NCBI GenBank assembly: GCA_030704615.1
Contig: CM060734.1
Span: forward strand, 49,166,001-49,230,000
Direction: 5' to 3'
DNA length: 64,000 nucleotides
Source of the DNA: Takakia lepidozioides
Taxonomy: Eukaryota; Plantae; Bryophyta
Shown here: one piece after another, positions 26,223-40,065 of the stretch
Layout: each line of letters opens with the position of its first letter
Position numbering within the stretch: position 1 is the first letter of the stretch
Notes under the pieces: generated by a model
Told to the model about the DNA's origin: nothing
Database searches by the model: none
What the model saw: the letters and a program-made list of their open reading frames with translations, nothing else
Program-made: the position numbers and the translations under genes

Positions 26223-29200
26223 ACTGACATAAAAACTTATCAGAGTGTGTAACTGGCTGACCCAAAGAAATGTCGAACCTCCACCGGGTAGTGGAGGTTC
26301 CCAATTATCGTATCCAAGTCTCGTTGGAAAATATGTGCCACACTTACAATGTTACACATATGATTCCATCACTCGTTCCCACATCGTCTCACACTGATTT
26401 TCATTTCTCCCGGAATTATCCGATTTCGTCCTAACGTTAAAAAATGTCTTTCAGCTTCCCCATACAGAATTCTCGTGAACCTCCACTGGGCAGTGGAGGT
26501 TCCAGTTTTTGGTTCCTCATGTGCATGACATTGGTCTACGAATAGTCTACTCTGGCCTGCACGAAGCCTACTCTTAGCCTATGTCTAGTGTAGAATACAA
26601 GTAGACTAGGCTATCGTGGTTTTTCAGAATTGCCGAATTCGACAAAATTGGATATGAAATGAAAATTGCCATTCAGAATTGAATTCGAATGGGAAGAAAT
26701 GCATAAATTATTGACAAGAACAAACTAATGCTGGATTTGGGGATCAAGAAAACGCTTGAAAAATAAACAACCGGACATTTCCGAAACCACTGTAGTAAAA
26801 AAACCACCACATTGAACAAAACAAGCAATACAACCAGCACGGTAATCTCCCGCCATCCTAAACCATTATCCTAATCGACCAGAACAAGCACACACAAAAC
26901 CACCCTACAAACCATCGGTGAATTGAACAACAACAGTGAAGCAATGAAGCAGGAGTGCACTGAAGCACAGAATGGAGTAGGAGTGAAATGAATTGACAGA
27001 GAATGAAGCAGGAATGAAACAAACAACGAAGCAGACAATGAAACAGAAACCTAATATGCACCGAAGCACGGACTGAAGTACAGATGAGAATGCACTGAAG
27101 ACAGTGCAGTGCAACATAAAATGAAGGGTGAAAGCATGCTAATGTGTACCACTGACACTCCTGAAAAAGGACTAAATTTTGACTGCTGGCGCGTTACACC
27201 GCGGCGCGTGGACATGACATGTTGCAATGAAAACGTGATAAAATTTACAGATGATAGTGGGCACCTCGACCCCATCCATTGGATGCTTGTACACCTCCAC
27301 TTTTGCTCGTACACCGCTAATTTTGAGTTTACGATACTAACTCGACTTCCGTTTGCCACCATTTGCTTTCCGCTCATCGCTTCCAAGCCGGGTTTGGTGT
27401 GTTTGATGCCTACTTCAGTGCTGCAGATGCTCGTATAATTTTTAGGAGTTTATTTGATATATTTTTAATTTTAAAACAATTTGCAATGAATGATACACAA
27501 TTTGTAAGAACTCATTTTGGCCTCAAATTCAAAATTGGAGGACCTTGTAGCCATTTCAAGGACATGGCCTTCTTCCTATGTTATGGGTGTGAAAATGAGT
27601 CTTAAAGGACTACAACATTTTGGGACATTTGAACCTTGTGCTATTCAAGACTCCTTTAGGACCCCTTAAACTTGTCAAATCACAAAACAATTTATATGGG
27701 CATGACAAAAACTTCAAGGGCTTTCCAACGATATAATGTGTGTATGGTTTCATACTGAACTCAATATCCTAAATTTGGATCGATTGCACCATATGTGCTG
27801 GAAAGCAGTTTATGACATCCTTTTTGGGTCCTATTAGTGTGCTTTGACCCTGAAGCAGAATCCAAACAAATTGAATCGAGAACAGGCCACATGAATCGAG
27901 AGCAGGCCATACAAATTGAGAACATGCCAACACATGACTTGAGAACAGACCAACACAAAACATGAAACATAAGACGAAAAAAAAGAGTTTTCAATGTTGT
28001 ACCTGCTTGTGCCGGCCATTTTGGTGCCCCTGCAACCACAGTCCTTCGCTTGATACTCTCTTCCGCACCTCCGCCTGCCGGTAATTGCACTGTGCTCTCG
28101 CCTCTATACTCGTCGATCTCCACTCGCCACTATCCTGTCTCTCCTCCCCGTTCTTCTAAAAACACCTATTTCACTCTTTCACCTTTCACCCTCTGCTCTC
28201 TCTGCACTCTGCCAAATCTGCTCTCTTTTTCTCCACGCTCCAGTGTACAGTCTCTTTCTCTCCGCGCTCCAAAACTCTTTCCTTTCACGCTCTCATCTCT
28301 CAACAATCAAGCTCTCACTCGCGCAGCGCTTACGCGTATAAAATAGGAAGCCCAAGCCGGGCTCAAAGAGCGCACCCCTTATAAGCGACCTTCAAGAATG
28401 ATCTGAACTATCGCCTCCGTTCGAAATCGAACGGTCGCGCGGCCCAAATGGATGTTGTGCCACATCCACGCAAACTAACATTAATACTGTCCATTCACAC
28501 ATATGAAATTAGTTCAATTTTTGTTCCAAATTGAATGACGAATGCACACACGTTTGAACAGACGAATGAAATAAGAACGAAATGACTGTAATGACGCCAT
28601 TGGTCAGACTCTGCAACCCTCACGCTTACAAAAATCTTAAAATAGATTCGAAGCCACCAAACCTTAACCCACGCCCCAAACGCCCATGTGACCACCCACG
28701 TGACACGCCTAGGCAGTCGTTTCGAACTCAATCTGCCAGAGGACACATCGCTGTACCTACGGATTCCTCACACTCTATAATCATTGTTTCATTATGAGCC
28801 GTCCACAATCACTTTCGGCTGTTAGCCGCCAGGCGTAAATATTCCTTGACAACACCCACAAGTGCCATGTGACATACGGCTTTAAGGATAGTAGATGGCC
28901 CCTCAGGCATTCCTCGATTTAAGGTCCAGAGCCACCATAGGGACTGCCCATTTATCGAGGGATACCCGACACGAGGGGTCCATCCCTACATTAAACATGT
29001 GTAAGCAAGCAAGGCATGGCAGAACATTCCGTACACCTGTAATGCACCGCCCTCGCTGTCCAATGAAATGCACTGGCATATAATGCCCCGCCCTGCCCAA
29101 GTGTTTTATTCACTGTAACAACACAATAAATATAAACAGAACAATCTCAAAGTGCTTTATGGTTCACCTCCGGATTCCTCCCAGCTAATTATAATGATCG

Positions 29201-30309
29201 ATTGTTAATGTGCAGTCCAAAATTAGTTGTGGCGATTAGCCGCCTGACTTCATTTCTCCAGGCCACTTGTCAGAATCGACATCATTCACGCTTATTCCAG
29301 AGTCTGCTATCAAAGCCGCACGATAAGGATGCCAGACATGTAGTCCTACTAACGTACAAGTACGATAGAATTCAGTCTGATCGCGGCCGTTATCGTTTGT
29401 TCCATAGTTAATGTGACTATGGCTGCTGTCAATAAATGGAAAATTGTGCACACTTTCAATGAAGCCGTGATTTCGCGAGTTGAAATAAGCCGTTCGATTC
29501 CGCCTTAATCCACGGTGGCCACAATCGATCCGGGAGAGAAAGCATACCACACTGCCATTGGAGCGATTCAAAGATGAAAGTTACATGTCACCTCTATATA
29601 ACGTCCGACTCCACACGGCACCAACTTCCCACTGTGAACTTCTCACTTGCTTCTTTTCTCTCACGCACCTCTCTGGACATCCTGCACCTCTCTGGACAAC
29701 GTGTACCTCTTTGCCTGTCCTGCACCACTCTGCCCATAGGGTACTTCTGAAGCAGCCTCTGGGTCTCTCCCTGCTTCCTTAGTCTCAGGTGTCAATTGCA
29801 CATTTCTCACGCAGGATAGTATGATACTCATTTTTTTTTGTACTCACCATGTGCACCAGCTAAACTTGCTTTTGTTTGTCTAAAGTTACTCCCAAACCTC
29901 CACTGGGCAGTCGCCACATTAATATTCATCCATCCATAGAATCAATTTTTCATCTACAGATGGCTTCTTCATTATCCATTGTTCATCCATGTGGTTGATT
30001 TTATCAACGGATATCATCCAACCTCCGCTGTCTAATGGAGGTTGGCATTTGTGACTTCATGTGACAGTTCAGATAGATGTAGTCTATACTCCGCCCTCAT
30101 ACTCCAATTTAATTCCAATTGTTTTTCATCAGTCCCAGTGTACATCCAAACATTGACTTTACTTTCTCAAACCATATTTTTTTTTCTCTTCGAAAAAGTT
30201 ATACTTAAAGTTTCTCCTTTCGGGCACGACGTTCTTTCCTTCAGTTAATCTTCCGTCGTGTAATAGGATTTTACTGAACCCCCACTGCCCAGTGGAGGTT
30301 ACTAATTTC

Positions 30310-33300
30310 ATGGGGTTCCAAGTAGGCCAAAGGGTGTTTTTGTCGCTTCCTGGATCTCCTTCAGTTGTTGCCTCAGGAGATTGCCTGAATGTTTTTGGGG
30401 AAGGAACTTGCCACGGACACCACTTGTGTTCGTCCACCATTTTAGTTCCCCTGATCTTTTGTGATGACGCATTCGGCTCATGTCCTCTGCCTTATCGGCA
30501 CATAGATGCTGACACATTGATGGAGGCGATTGGGACTCCAGTTGTGTGGGACGTGTCTTGTGTTCGCACGCATGAAACTGTGGATTCAACATCCCAGATA
30601 AACCCAGGATGTCATTCCATCACAGAAGATAGTGATTATGAAGGACAAAGCACTGAAAGCAATGAAATTCCGTCAAATGGTGAGACTGAAGGGGATCTGC
30701 CTGTAGGTCTGGGGAGAGATTGTAGGAGAAACTTGCAGTGTCTTCTTCTTGGGGAGGACGGAAACGCCCTGTTCGAAGGCCGAATTCAGGCATGCATTCC
30801 TAACGAGATCATTCTGAATGACAAACTCGGAGAGGACGATGTTGGGGTTCTGGTCACCAGAACAATCTATGGAGAATCCGGTTCACTGATGTCGATTGTG
30901 AAATGGCCGTTAACAAAAACAAGACTTCTTGAAAATGGCCGAATACTCTCCGTTGATATCGAAAATTTTCTACGATCATGCAGTGACATGGAGAATGACG
31001 ACCATGGTACAGGTGTAAAGAAAGCATCATACAGGCATTTTACTAGGAAGAAGAAACCATCCAATATGGAGGACTCCAAAAAGTGCAAAAAAAATCTTAC
31101 TTTGGATGAAGTGAGGTCAGTGAGCAGCAAACCTTGCTGCAAGCTTCAGTGCTGCCAGTATTTTGATTGGAGAAAAACCTTGGCAATTCGTACTGCATTT
31201 TGGGGTTCGTCATTCGATGAGAGGAGAGAACTTGGATTGAATGTTTCAAAACGACTTCACATTATGGATGGGTCATCGCACAGGTCGTATGTTACGATAG
31301 AAGGTGTTGATGTTTGTGAGAAAGCATGGTGGATAATACACGGAATTGGAAGGTCAATGTACAAGAGTACAAAAAGCTCAGTAAAGAGGGCTGTTTGTCA
31401 TTTTTCCACGGAAATCATGGCGTCAAGCGGCCTCGACCAGGGACACTCCAGGCAGAGGGGAACATCATGTCCATTATCAATGCCAATACTGACCTTATGC
31501 CTCACAAAACACGTTGCATTGGAGAGGGACGTCGGGATACTTTGAGAATTTTGCCACCCGAAATGAACTGGAAGAGAATTCGAGAGGAGTCCAACGAGGT
31601 GACTTTTATTCGTTGTCCCCTTTTCCTTTTTCAAAATACAGTGGCTGATTTTATTCTTTTTGATGCCATCATGCTTTCTTGTTCTTCCACTTTGTAGAAC
31701 CTCCACTGCCTAGTGGACGTTGACATTATTGGGGAGTTGGGGTGCAGACGAACAGACTGCTCGGTTTGAAAGGAGTCTCGCAGCCAGCTATAAGCCGTAT
31801 ACGGAATCGAATATTTCCTAACGTGGAGGTTCGGAAAACAGGAAGCACCTTTGCTAAGTGCACAAAATGCGATATGTTGAAGAACTTGATCAAGAAGTCA
31901 ATTAAAAGGAGTTCCGAACAAGTCGCACATAAGCGGACGCTTGATTTGCACTTGAGGCATCAAGAGTCATGCAGAAGGCTGTACCATAGCTGGAGGAATT
32001 AGTCCGTTATGATTCCGGAGGTCACTTGCCTGTCTCATTGATAGGAATGGTTACGCACGGACACGGTGATGGAGCTTACGTTCAATTTTCCCTTGAGTTT
32101 TGGAAAGACAATTCAAACTTCACAATTGGGTCGCTGGCTCGGTGCCTGCACCAACTGGAAAAGCCCACATGCCGGGAATCCAGGAACATTTTCGACACCG
32201 AAGTTCAAAATGATTTTTTTGAAACGCTCATGAGAGGTAAAACGAGATGTTTGGAGGCTCTGAAACCCTGCAGGCCGCACGATAAACGTGGTGCTCGACC
32301 ACTTCCTAGACGATTTTATTTGCAGATGGACAACTCCTCCAAGGACAATAAAAACATGCTTGGTTTTCTCATGGTCGGGCACACCCATGAGGATATTGAC
32401 GGATTCTTTAGCTATCTCTCGAAGAAGCTAAATGAACGCAACACCTACATTCTTCCGGATTTGATGAGGTCATTCATGATCTCCCAAGATATGCAATTCA
32501 TTCCTCAAATCATTCAGGAGGTTCCCGACTTCAAGAAGTTTGTTAAGGGTTGTATTCATGATGGAAATGAGGCTTTGGTCGGGATCTCAGAGATGCACGT
32601 CTTTCGGTTTTTTAAGGATGCGGATGGCTGGCCCATTATGAAGTACAAAAAGTTAGCTACTGATTCGGAGTGGCTTCCTACAAACTCCAACGTTAAGATG
32701 TGGAAGTCCAACCCTGATGGGACTCCAAATCTCCCTGAATGAGACCCAGATGCCGTTCCAAGAAGACCGATATGGGGAGTCGGGGACGACTCCTCAGAAA
32801 ACAGTCATTCATAAAAAATGGTATTAAGAAATACAGAGATTTTTGGACCAAAAAAATGTTGCTTGACGATCATTACCGGGGTGTGATAGAACAATATGAC
32901 CAATACTGGGGAAATATTCTCGCCGAACTTGATAAGCCAATGCAGGACATTCCGGATCGTATTCAGCTTCTTGAGGGATTTTGGCCGAAAACAAATTGGT
33001 CCTCAAACCATCGGAGGGATGGCATACAGCCACAGATACTGGAAGATATGGAAGATGAGGATGAAGTTCCAGAACCTTACTGTGGCCCTATGTGCGAGCG
33101 TCCAAGGATACCCTTGAATCCGTTCAAGGATATTGAGAAAGGTTTTTTTGTGCTCGTTTGCCCTCATGACCCAACGACGTGCCCGGTCTGGATGGAAATG
33201 GCAATTTCAGATGTCATCCGAGAAAGGGAAGATCATACTTTTAAGAAAGTGAAGGTGGAGTGGTGGAGACCGAAGAAATGAGGTAACCCTCAGACTTTGA

Positions 33301-33500
33301 GAGGTACAGGGACTGTTGGTCAAAAGTTTGGGAGTACAACCCGTCAGATCTTGCTCAATGGATCCACGTGAACAATGTCGTGTGGACAATGCCGCCACGA
33401 AAAAATACGACAAGAAATAGCACCAAGAGAATTACAGCGGTGGAAGCAGTGAAGGCGCGCGCGAATTTGGAGGTGGCTAACCTTCAACCAGATACCTGAA
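30310..33500 (+). pseudogene. Degenerate DDE transposase of Sola-like (GHTHEDID) type with N-terminal Tnp1/En/Spm-like domains
   Basis: CCKLQCC, VCEKAWWIIHGI, FAKCTKC, catalytic-region motifs FYLQMDNSSKDNKN and FLMVGHTHEDIDGFFS; intron ~31600-31748; frameshifts, stops and internal deletions. Confidence 0.75.
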
Positions 33501-33864
33501 GGTTTCCTTCTTGTGAACCACTTTCCATCCATGGACTAAATGTTGAGGTCATTTCCGGTCTTTCGTTTTAAGATAATTTTTTTTTTTTTAACGTTTTTTT
33601 CTCTTCGTGTTTGCGTTGGGTGATCCTTCCTGTCTTCTATCGCACTGAACCTCGAGTGGGCAGTGGACGTTCATCTATTTTCTTTTTGCGGTGTTGGACT
33701 CTGCACTGCTATACATTCTGTTCATTTACATATATTCGTGACATAGGGGTTCTGGCTTACAAAACAGACAGTGCACCCAAAAGAAAAAAAAATGCTGGCA
33801 CAACCCCTGGATTCTTTCTTTTCCAATCCGGTCTAAATGTTTTTTTGCAATGTCTCGTTCTAGT

Positions 33865-34585
33865 GAGTGCGAGTCTTCCATATTTGTTTGTCCATTTATA
33901 CCTTTACCATCACCTCTAAATCCTTACCCTTCGTTTTACCCTTCCCTTAACCCTTCCATAGGCTTAAGCCGGACACTTAGTATCCTAAACCATTACTCTT
34001 ACCATACACAAAAACCTTTGTGTATTCCCATACATCCAAACCCTAAACCCTTATCCTGGCCTTAATCCTTACCCTAAGCTTAAGCCTGACACTTACTACC
34101 TTAAACCATTACTCTTACCATATACCAAAAACCAGGTTAGTGTACTTAGACCCTACTTACACTCCAAACCAAGTTATTGTACTACCATGTGTGAGTCTTC
34201 TATATTTGTTTGTCCCTTTGAACTACCCTAAATCCAAACCCTAAATTCTTACCCATTCCTTTACCCTGGCCTTAATCCTTACCCTAAGCTTAAGCCTGAT
34301 ACTTACTACCATAAACCATTAGTACTCTTACCATATACCAAAAACTAGGTTAGTGTACTACCCTACTTACACTCCAAACCGTACTACCATGTGTGAGTCT
34401 TCCATATTTGTTTGTCTCTTTCTACTCTAAATCCAAAACCTAAACCCTTACCCTTCCCTTAATAATCCTTACCCCAAGCTTAAGCGTGACCCTTAGCACC
34501 CTAAACCATTACTTTTACCATATACCAAAAACCTTAGTGTAGTACCCTACTTATAATAAACTCCAAACCTTTTGTACTACCATGT
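33865..34585. repeat. About four diverged ~190-200-bp tandem units containing telomere-like AAACCCT motifs
   Basis: Recurring GAGTCTTCCATATTTGTTTGTC, CCCTAAGCTTAAGCCTGA, TAAACCATTACTCTTACCATATACCAAAAAC, GTACTACCATGT. Confidence 0.85.
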
Positions 34586-37191
34586 TACCTCTTGTAAAAT
34601 TTGTATCATTCTCTTAATGTTTTCTTTAATTTTGTTGGATAACGTATGATAGAATGATTACATGGATATCAAATTCCCCTTACATTTTTATATTCTACAG
34701 AGGTTCAGAGTTGTCCATATTTGTTTTTCTCTTTCTATCCTAAACCCTTTAAAACCCCAAACCCTTCTCCGAGTCACCACAAACTTGGACCTTATTGCAC
34801 TTAATATATCTAGTTACACCCCAAACCTTATTTTACTACCCTAGTAGGTCATATTCCTAATGTTTCAATACTTGATATAAGTTGATAGTAATTTTGATTG
34901 AATCTTCATGTTGACAAGCACAATATCCATAGACAATGCCATTGGAATGATGTTTTGGGTGTGAGAATGGCAGTAAAATATTAAAATAGCTTGGTAGAGT
35001 ACTAAGAGTCTATCCCATGTTTGATTCGACACATTTGTTTATCGTGATTACATAATGTAATATTACATCATTCGACTTCCCAGTGGACGTTCCATGAATT
35101 GTTCGGTTACATTGTAACTTCACAAGCACTTCAATGTCAAATGGACATCTTATATGTTGCATTTTAAAGCAAGTATGACATCACTTGTAATTTCACAAAG
35201 TTCAATCACAAATTACTATCCAAGATATTCTTAACATTTGAATTAATTTGAATTAAAATATATATTAAGTTTGGTCCGGATTTAAGCCAAAAGTCCAGAA
35301 TTAGTTAAAATAGGGTTATTGGAGTGTGAGTGCGAGTGTGTTTGGGTGTGAGTGCATACATGCTTGGTTTCGCTCTGAAGTGGTTCTATTAGAGTTTGCT
35401 AGAGAGTCGCTTGGATAGAGAGTCGATTGCTATGCCGGTGTTTATGAAGATTTTCATTTTACCTGAAGCTTCCGTTTCAATTAGGGATGGTGCAGAAGCA
35501 TTTGTGGGGAACTATGAGACAACTTGTTTTAGTGGTGTGATGCGAGTAGCTTAATAACATAGAGTTTGTAATTGGCAGCGAGTGCTTATGAATTGGTTGT
35601 AGTGTAATGCTTCTGCTGCAGCCCATAGTTGAGCGTACCTGTTGCAACAACAGCAGCCCAGTTTGGTTCAATTTCAAATTTGTAATTGATAGTAAGTGCC
35701 TGTGCCATTGGTTATAGTGTAGTGCTTTTGTTACAGCTGTTAGTTGAGCATACGGGCTGCAACAACAACAACCCATTTTGGTACATTATGGCAGCTTTAC
35801 ATGCATATGGGCTACCACCCAGTAAGTACAAGGTACTTACAGTGTGGGGGTGTTGCAGCAAGAACTTGATATGTTATTGAATTCTTATATGCTCCAGCCT
35901 CTCTACCCTGTGTTAGTAATGTCTTACTAAAGAATAGATACTAGATATGAATAGTGTAGTCCCCTTACCAAGCGGGGGTGTACACAAGTGGGGGATTCTC
36001 CCTCCTTGTGTTTCTAGATGGGTTGCCTAAGGGGCACGGTTCAAATCCCACCCATATATAGCTTGTTGTAACAACTTGTTGTTTTTCTATTGACGAATTT
36101 TCGCCAGATTTCGACTTCAAAAAATAAAATGGAATATTATGTCAAAAATCCCCTGTTTTTTTCATGGAAATTGCCAAATTTCTCCAAATAAAAAAATAAA
36201 TTATGGATGAATTCACCAAATATGGATGATATATATGGATTATGGTACAGAGGTGGATGAATATTAGTGGATGAATAGAATGTACTGCTATTTCCTGCAA
36301 AACTCTGTAGCCGCTCGTGCTGTTTTCCAAATTTCTTAAAAAAAACGCTGTGTTGTAAGCACTTAGGGGCTGGTGGGGTGCTGGTACAAAGGTAGAGAGT
36401 TCTGGAGTTGTAAACTCACACCAACTTCCCCTGTTCATATGAGCTAAAAGTACCCCCTCTGCTTTGACCAACCACCATCGGCTATATTCTTGGCCAAATG
36501 GCTTAATTTTTTGTTTGACAAGACCTTGCATAGATCAAAATGTGGGTCCACCAACCTTATCCAACTCCAATCCGTCACCCAAACATACCAAAATCAAATC
36601 AAATTTTATTGGTAATAAAATTAACACTTGGCCAAAAACCAGGCTCCACCTGCAATGGTTGGCCCAAAATTTGGCATGCAAGTGCAGGGGCTAGGTGGGC
36701 ACAGATTGTCCGGGCAGAATTTCGAAATGTAAAAACTTTGGGAATTACACCCAATTTCGCAGCAGGAGGTCATTTTTTGATAGAAAGTCAAAACTACCCC
36801 GGGGCGTTTTGGGGTTAAATAGTGTAAACAGTGGTCCAATTGCGAGGGTGTTTATTGGAAGTGAGGCAAAGTTTATTGGAAAAGGAAGTGAGGATTTCAA
36901 AGCTCCGTTTGCGAGATGTGAATGATGATGTAAACCTGTACAGCTTTATTTACAGGAAACATGAGGCATTAAACATATGATAGAAAAACCCCCAAAACCT
37001 GGGAAAGAACAAAGAAGGGCCCAGGAAAGGGAAGCAAACTATTCAAACTTATCAGTCATGCCAACCTCCTGCCTGCAGCATTTGGCATCCACTTAACTTA
37101 TTTAGTCTAATTACTTTTCCATAACATGCTGAAGGGTGCTCGAATGTAAAGCGGGCAAGCAACGTCTTCCACACTCTCGTGAGTCGAGATC

Positions 37192-38878
37192 ATGGCCCTT
37201 GCTGCTTCCACATCCCTTCCCTATCCCTGTTCTACACTGCGCCCAAGTTTTCAACAGGATCCCTCTGGTGCTGTTCACAAGTATCGTCTCTGTGTAGCTC
37301 CTCGTAGCACTGGGTCCTCCAAGGATCAGTTATGGTGTCGAACTTGGGGAAAATCCTCTAGGCTCATTGGGCGACCTAGGACACAGCAGAGGAGACCTGC
37401 CAGCCTTGGAAAGGCGGTGAGCGGTATCGGAACCGAGGAGAAGGAGGAGATGAAGTGGGTTCATTTTCCCAGATTGTCAAGCGCAGGTCAAAGACTGATG
37501 GAAGATATAGCAGGCTCCATGGACAGCGAGCTTGCATCCCTGTTGAATCCTTCTCGAACATCCCCCGATGTCAGGTCCTTCAAGAGCGGCACTGGAGAAG
37601 GCTCTGTAACCCTGCGGTCAGGGAAGGCGGGATCCAAGGTGGGTCCTTATCCGAATTTCATACATAAGCCTTGAGAAATCGATGTTTTAGCTGAATGTCT
37701 CATCGTGACTGAAAATTCTGTCATTGCTTTGCACGGATGCGGTCTCTGCAGGCGACTGTACTCTGTAAGTTATCATTGTGGGTTTTTTCTGCTAGTTAAG
37801 ATTGTGCCCGATTGAAGGTTTGGATCAAGTGCTTCTATTTCTTGTTATGTTCCATGTAGATTGGCTTCGCCGCATGGTTCCATGGCAGTACTGAGCCGGA
37901 TCTCTTCAGTGGAGATTTCTTGCAGGTGTCTCTCGTAGCTCTCAAGTGTCATTGTGGAAAGAGATAGATTGCAACTCCCGGTTGAAGTGATATGGGGAAA
38001 TAAACGAGAAGGGCTTAGGGTACTTGGAGTAGCCATTGGCACTCTTTTGCTGTAATCTTGCCTTAAACATGGCAAATAACACATAATTCCAACCTGTCTG
38101 TCGCAATTTTGTTATATGTAGGCTTGATAAATCTGGATCCGAAATCTAGCGAAAGAATCTGTCTTCATGTCTAGACCGCCTCAGGATACCAGCAGGCTCT
38201 TTCCAGCAGACATTCTTTACTCAGTTTCCGGAGTGGTTTCTCTTAGGAAACTAACTCATGTCAAATGTGGTGCTGCAGATTGATTTTGTGCTTGGGTCAT
38301 GGTTGCATTGTAACCTTCCATTTGGAAACTTGAATATTGCAACACTTATTGCAATGCTAGGGCCGGAGGCAGATTCTCCTCATCTTCTCTTTGAGTTCAT
38401 TCAGAGTGGTCCAAGCAGCCTTGTATTGGTCATTGATCTTCTACCTCGGAAAGATCTTGTACTGGAGCAAGAGTACCTGCAACGGTTTTATGAAAATACT
38501 GAACTTGAAAAAGTAAGGCAAGAGTTTGAGAAATGTCCACAAGCTCAACCCTATCTTTCATCCTCACTCTATGTACGCAGTGTGGTTTCACCAACGGCTT
38601 CACTGTACAAGTTCAGTGGGGAAGGTATTGAAGGGGGGCTCGATGGGGTCATCACAGAGGTGGTTCATCCAGCTGTTAAGAAGGTTTTTTTGACTTGGTT
38701 GCACGCCTTCCAATATCTAGGGCAAGACGTGAAGGAGGAGGAAAAGGTTCACCTGACAAAGAGAGATGCCCAGATTAAGACACAAGGAGTGGAGGTTGAT
38801 CTAAGTGCAAACATGCCAAAGTTGTTTGGTCAGGAGATTACAGACCAGGTAGTTGCTGCTTTTCGTAAAGGAGAATGA
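37192..38878 (+). CDS. RCCR: Red chlorophyll catabolite reductase; exons 37192-37638 and 38279-38878 (348 aa)
   Basis: Transit peptide; GSVTLRSG..SKIDFVLGSWLHC, IDLLPRKDLVL..YLQRFYE, SLYVRSVVSPTA, EVDLSANMPKLFG. Confidence 0.92.
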
Positions 38879-40065
38879 ACCATCCAGGGTATGACAGCTC
38901 TAAATCTGCTACAGTCAGTGAGCACACATCTTGTAACATACATTATGTACATAGCTGGTGGTCCAAATGGCTCACTCTCCTCATCATAGGTACCTCACTT
39001 ACCTACTTGATTTACTGAAACATTTCATAGAGAAGGGATTTGAAACATTTCATATAGACATTGGACAGAAAGGGATTTGAAGTCGGGGTGGCTTGTCAGT
39101 GGCCCTTGTATCAGATGAAAAGAACGCTTGACAAGGGTCATACTCTTGGCTGTGCACTGTTAGAAGCTGTCAAATTCGGACATGTATGGGCATATATGAA
39201 GAATAATTTGACGAAAATACTGGTTCCTTGGGTGCCACGGTAAAATAGTTTGATCACGTGATTTGTATGTCATGGTCATGGATACCAATGGTCTGAATCT
39301 AGGTGCCCGATTTTGAGTTTGCAGTTCAATCAGTGCTTGATTTGTCACGTGCTGGATCTAGCCACATACCCACATTTCTATCTGTTTTCAACCCGATGAA
39401 ACAAAGAAGAGACCCTTGCATCACATTATAACTCTGCAGGGGTAAATACATCTTGGGCCTACTGATCTGCTTGTAGGGAATCAAGCTCCAGGTTCCAAGT
39501 GATTAATTTCTGTGGAAGCAATCATTCCATCATCAACTTACTGTGTGCAAGGTACACAAGAAAGACAAGCTGTTATGAGCTGTTTGAGGTGAATGTTGGT
39601 AGAACTAGAGGTGATCGAAAGGAAGGAGAGCAAATAGTACCTGGCCCACTTTAGAGGATAGAATTCAATGGTTGCAGATGATCCCTGATTCGGAACACAA
39701 CAACAGACAAAAAGGGGAGCTCCACTTTCAGAGAGAGTGGGTTCAGACAATGGCACTTTTGAGTATAGTTTGAGGGAGGTTTCTGATTCCCAAATCAAGT
39801 ATTTAAAAAAATGAAGGCATCCATCATGCCTCCTGGGAATCCTGTCATGGGGTGATCCAAGGCATTGAGAATGAAAACAATTTAACAATGTACTTCAAGT
39901 TTCCTGCCCCTGAGATAATGGAAAGTGGAGCCCCAGTCTTGTGAGTTTACCAGCTACCTCCTCCCTTGTCGAGCCCCTAATCTATTCAACTGCAATGCTC
40001 TCTGTGGGGCTCTTCAGTAACACACTTGCCGAGATTGTCTACTCTGACTGCCAGCAGCAACTGAG

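Larger units (their letters stand above)
23596..35100. mobile_element. Large multi-gene DNA-transposon-like unit (Sola-like DDE transposase plus divergent accessory genes), left end truncated
   Basis: Transposase at 30.3-33.5 kb, divergent ORFs at 23.6-26.2 kb, a shared dispersed palindrome across the span, and a terminal tandem array. No TIR or TSD identified. Confidence 0.6.

Noticed and set aside
24207-35091. Palindromic repeats as a CRISPR array
   Set aside because: Spacing is irregular (about 0.1-3.4 kb), there are no cas genes, and the context is eukaryotic and intronic.
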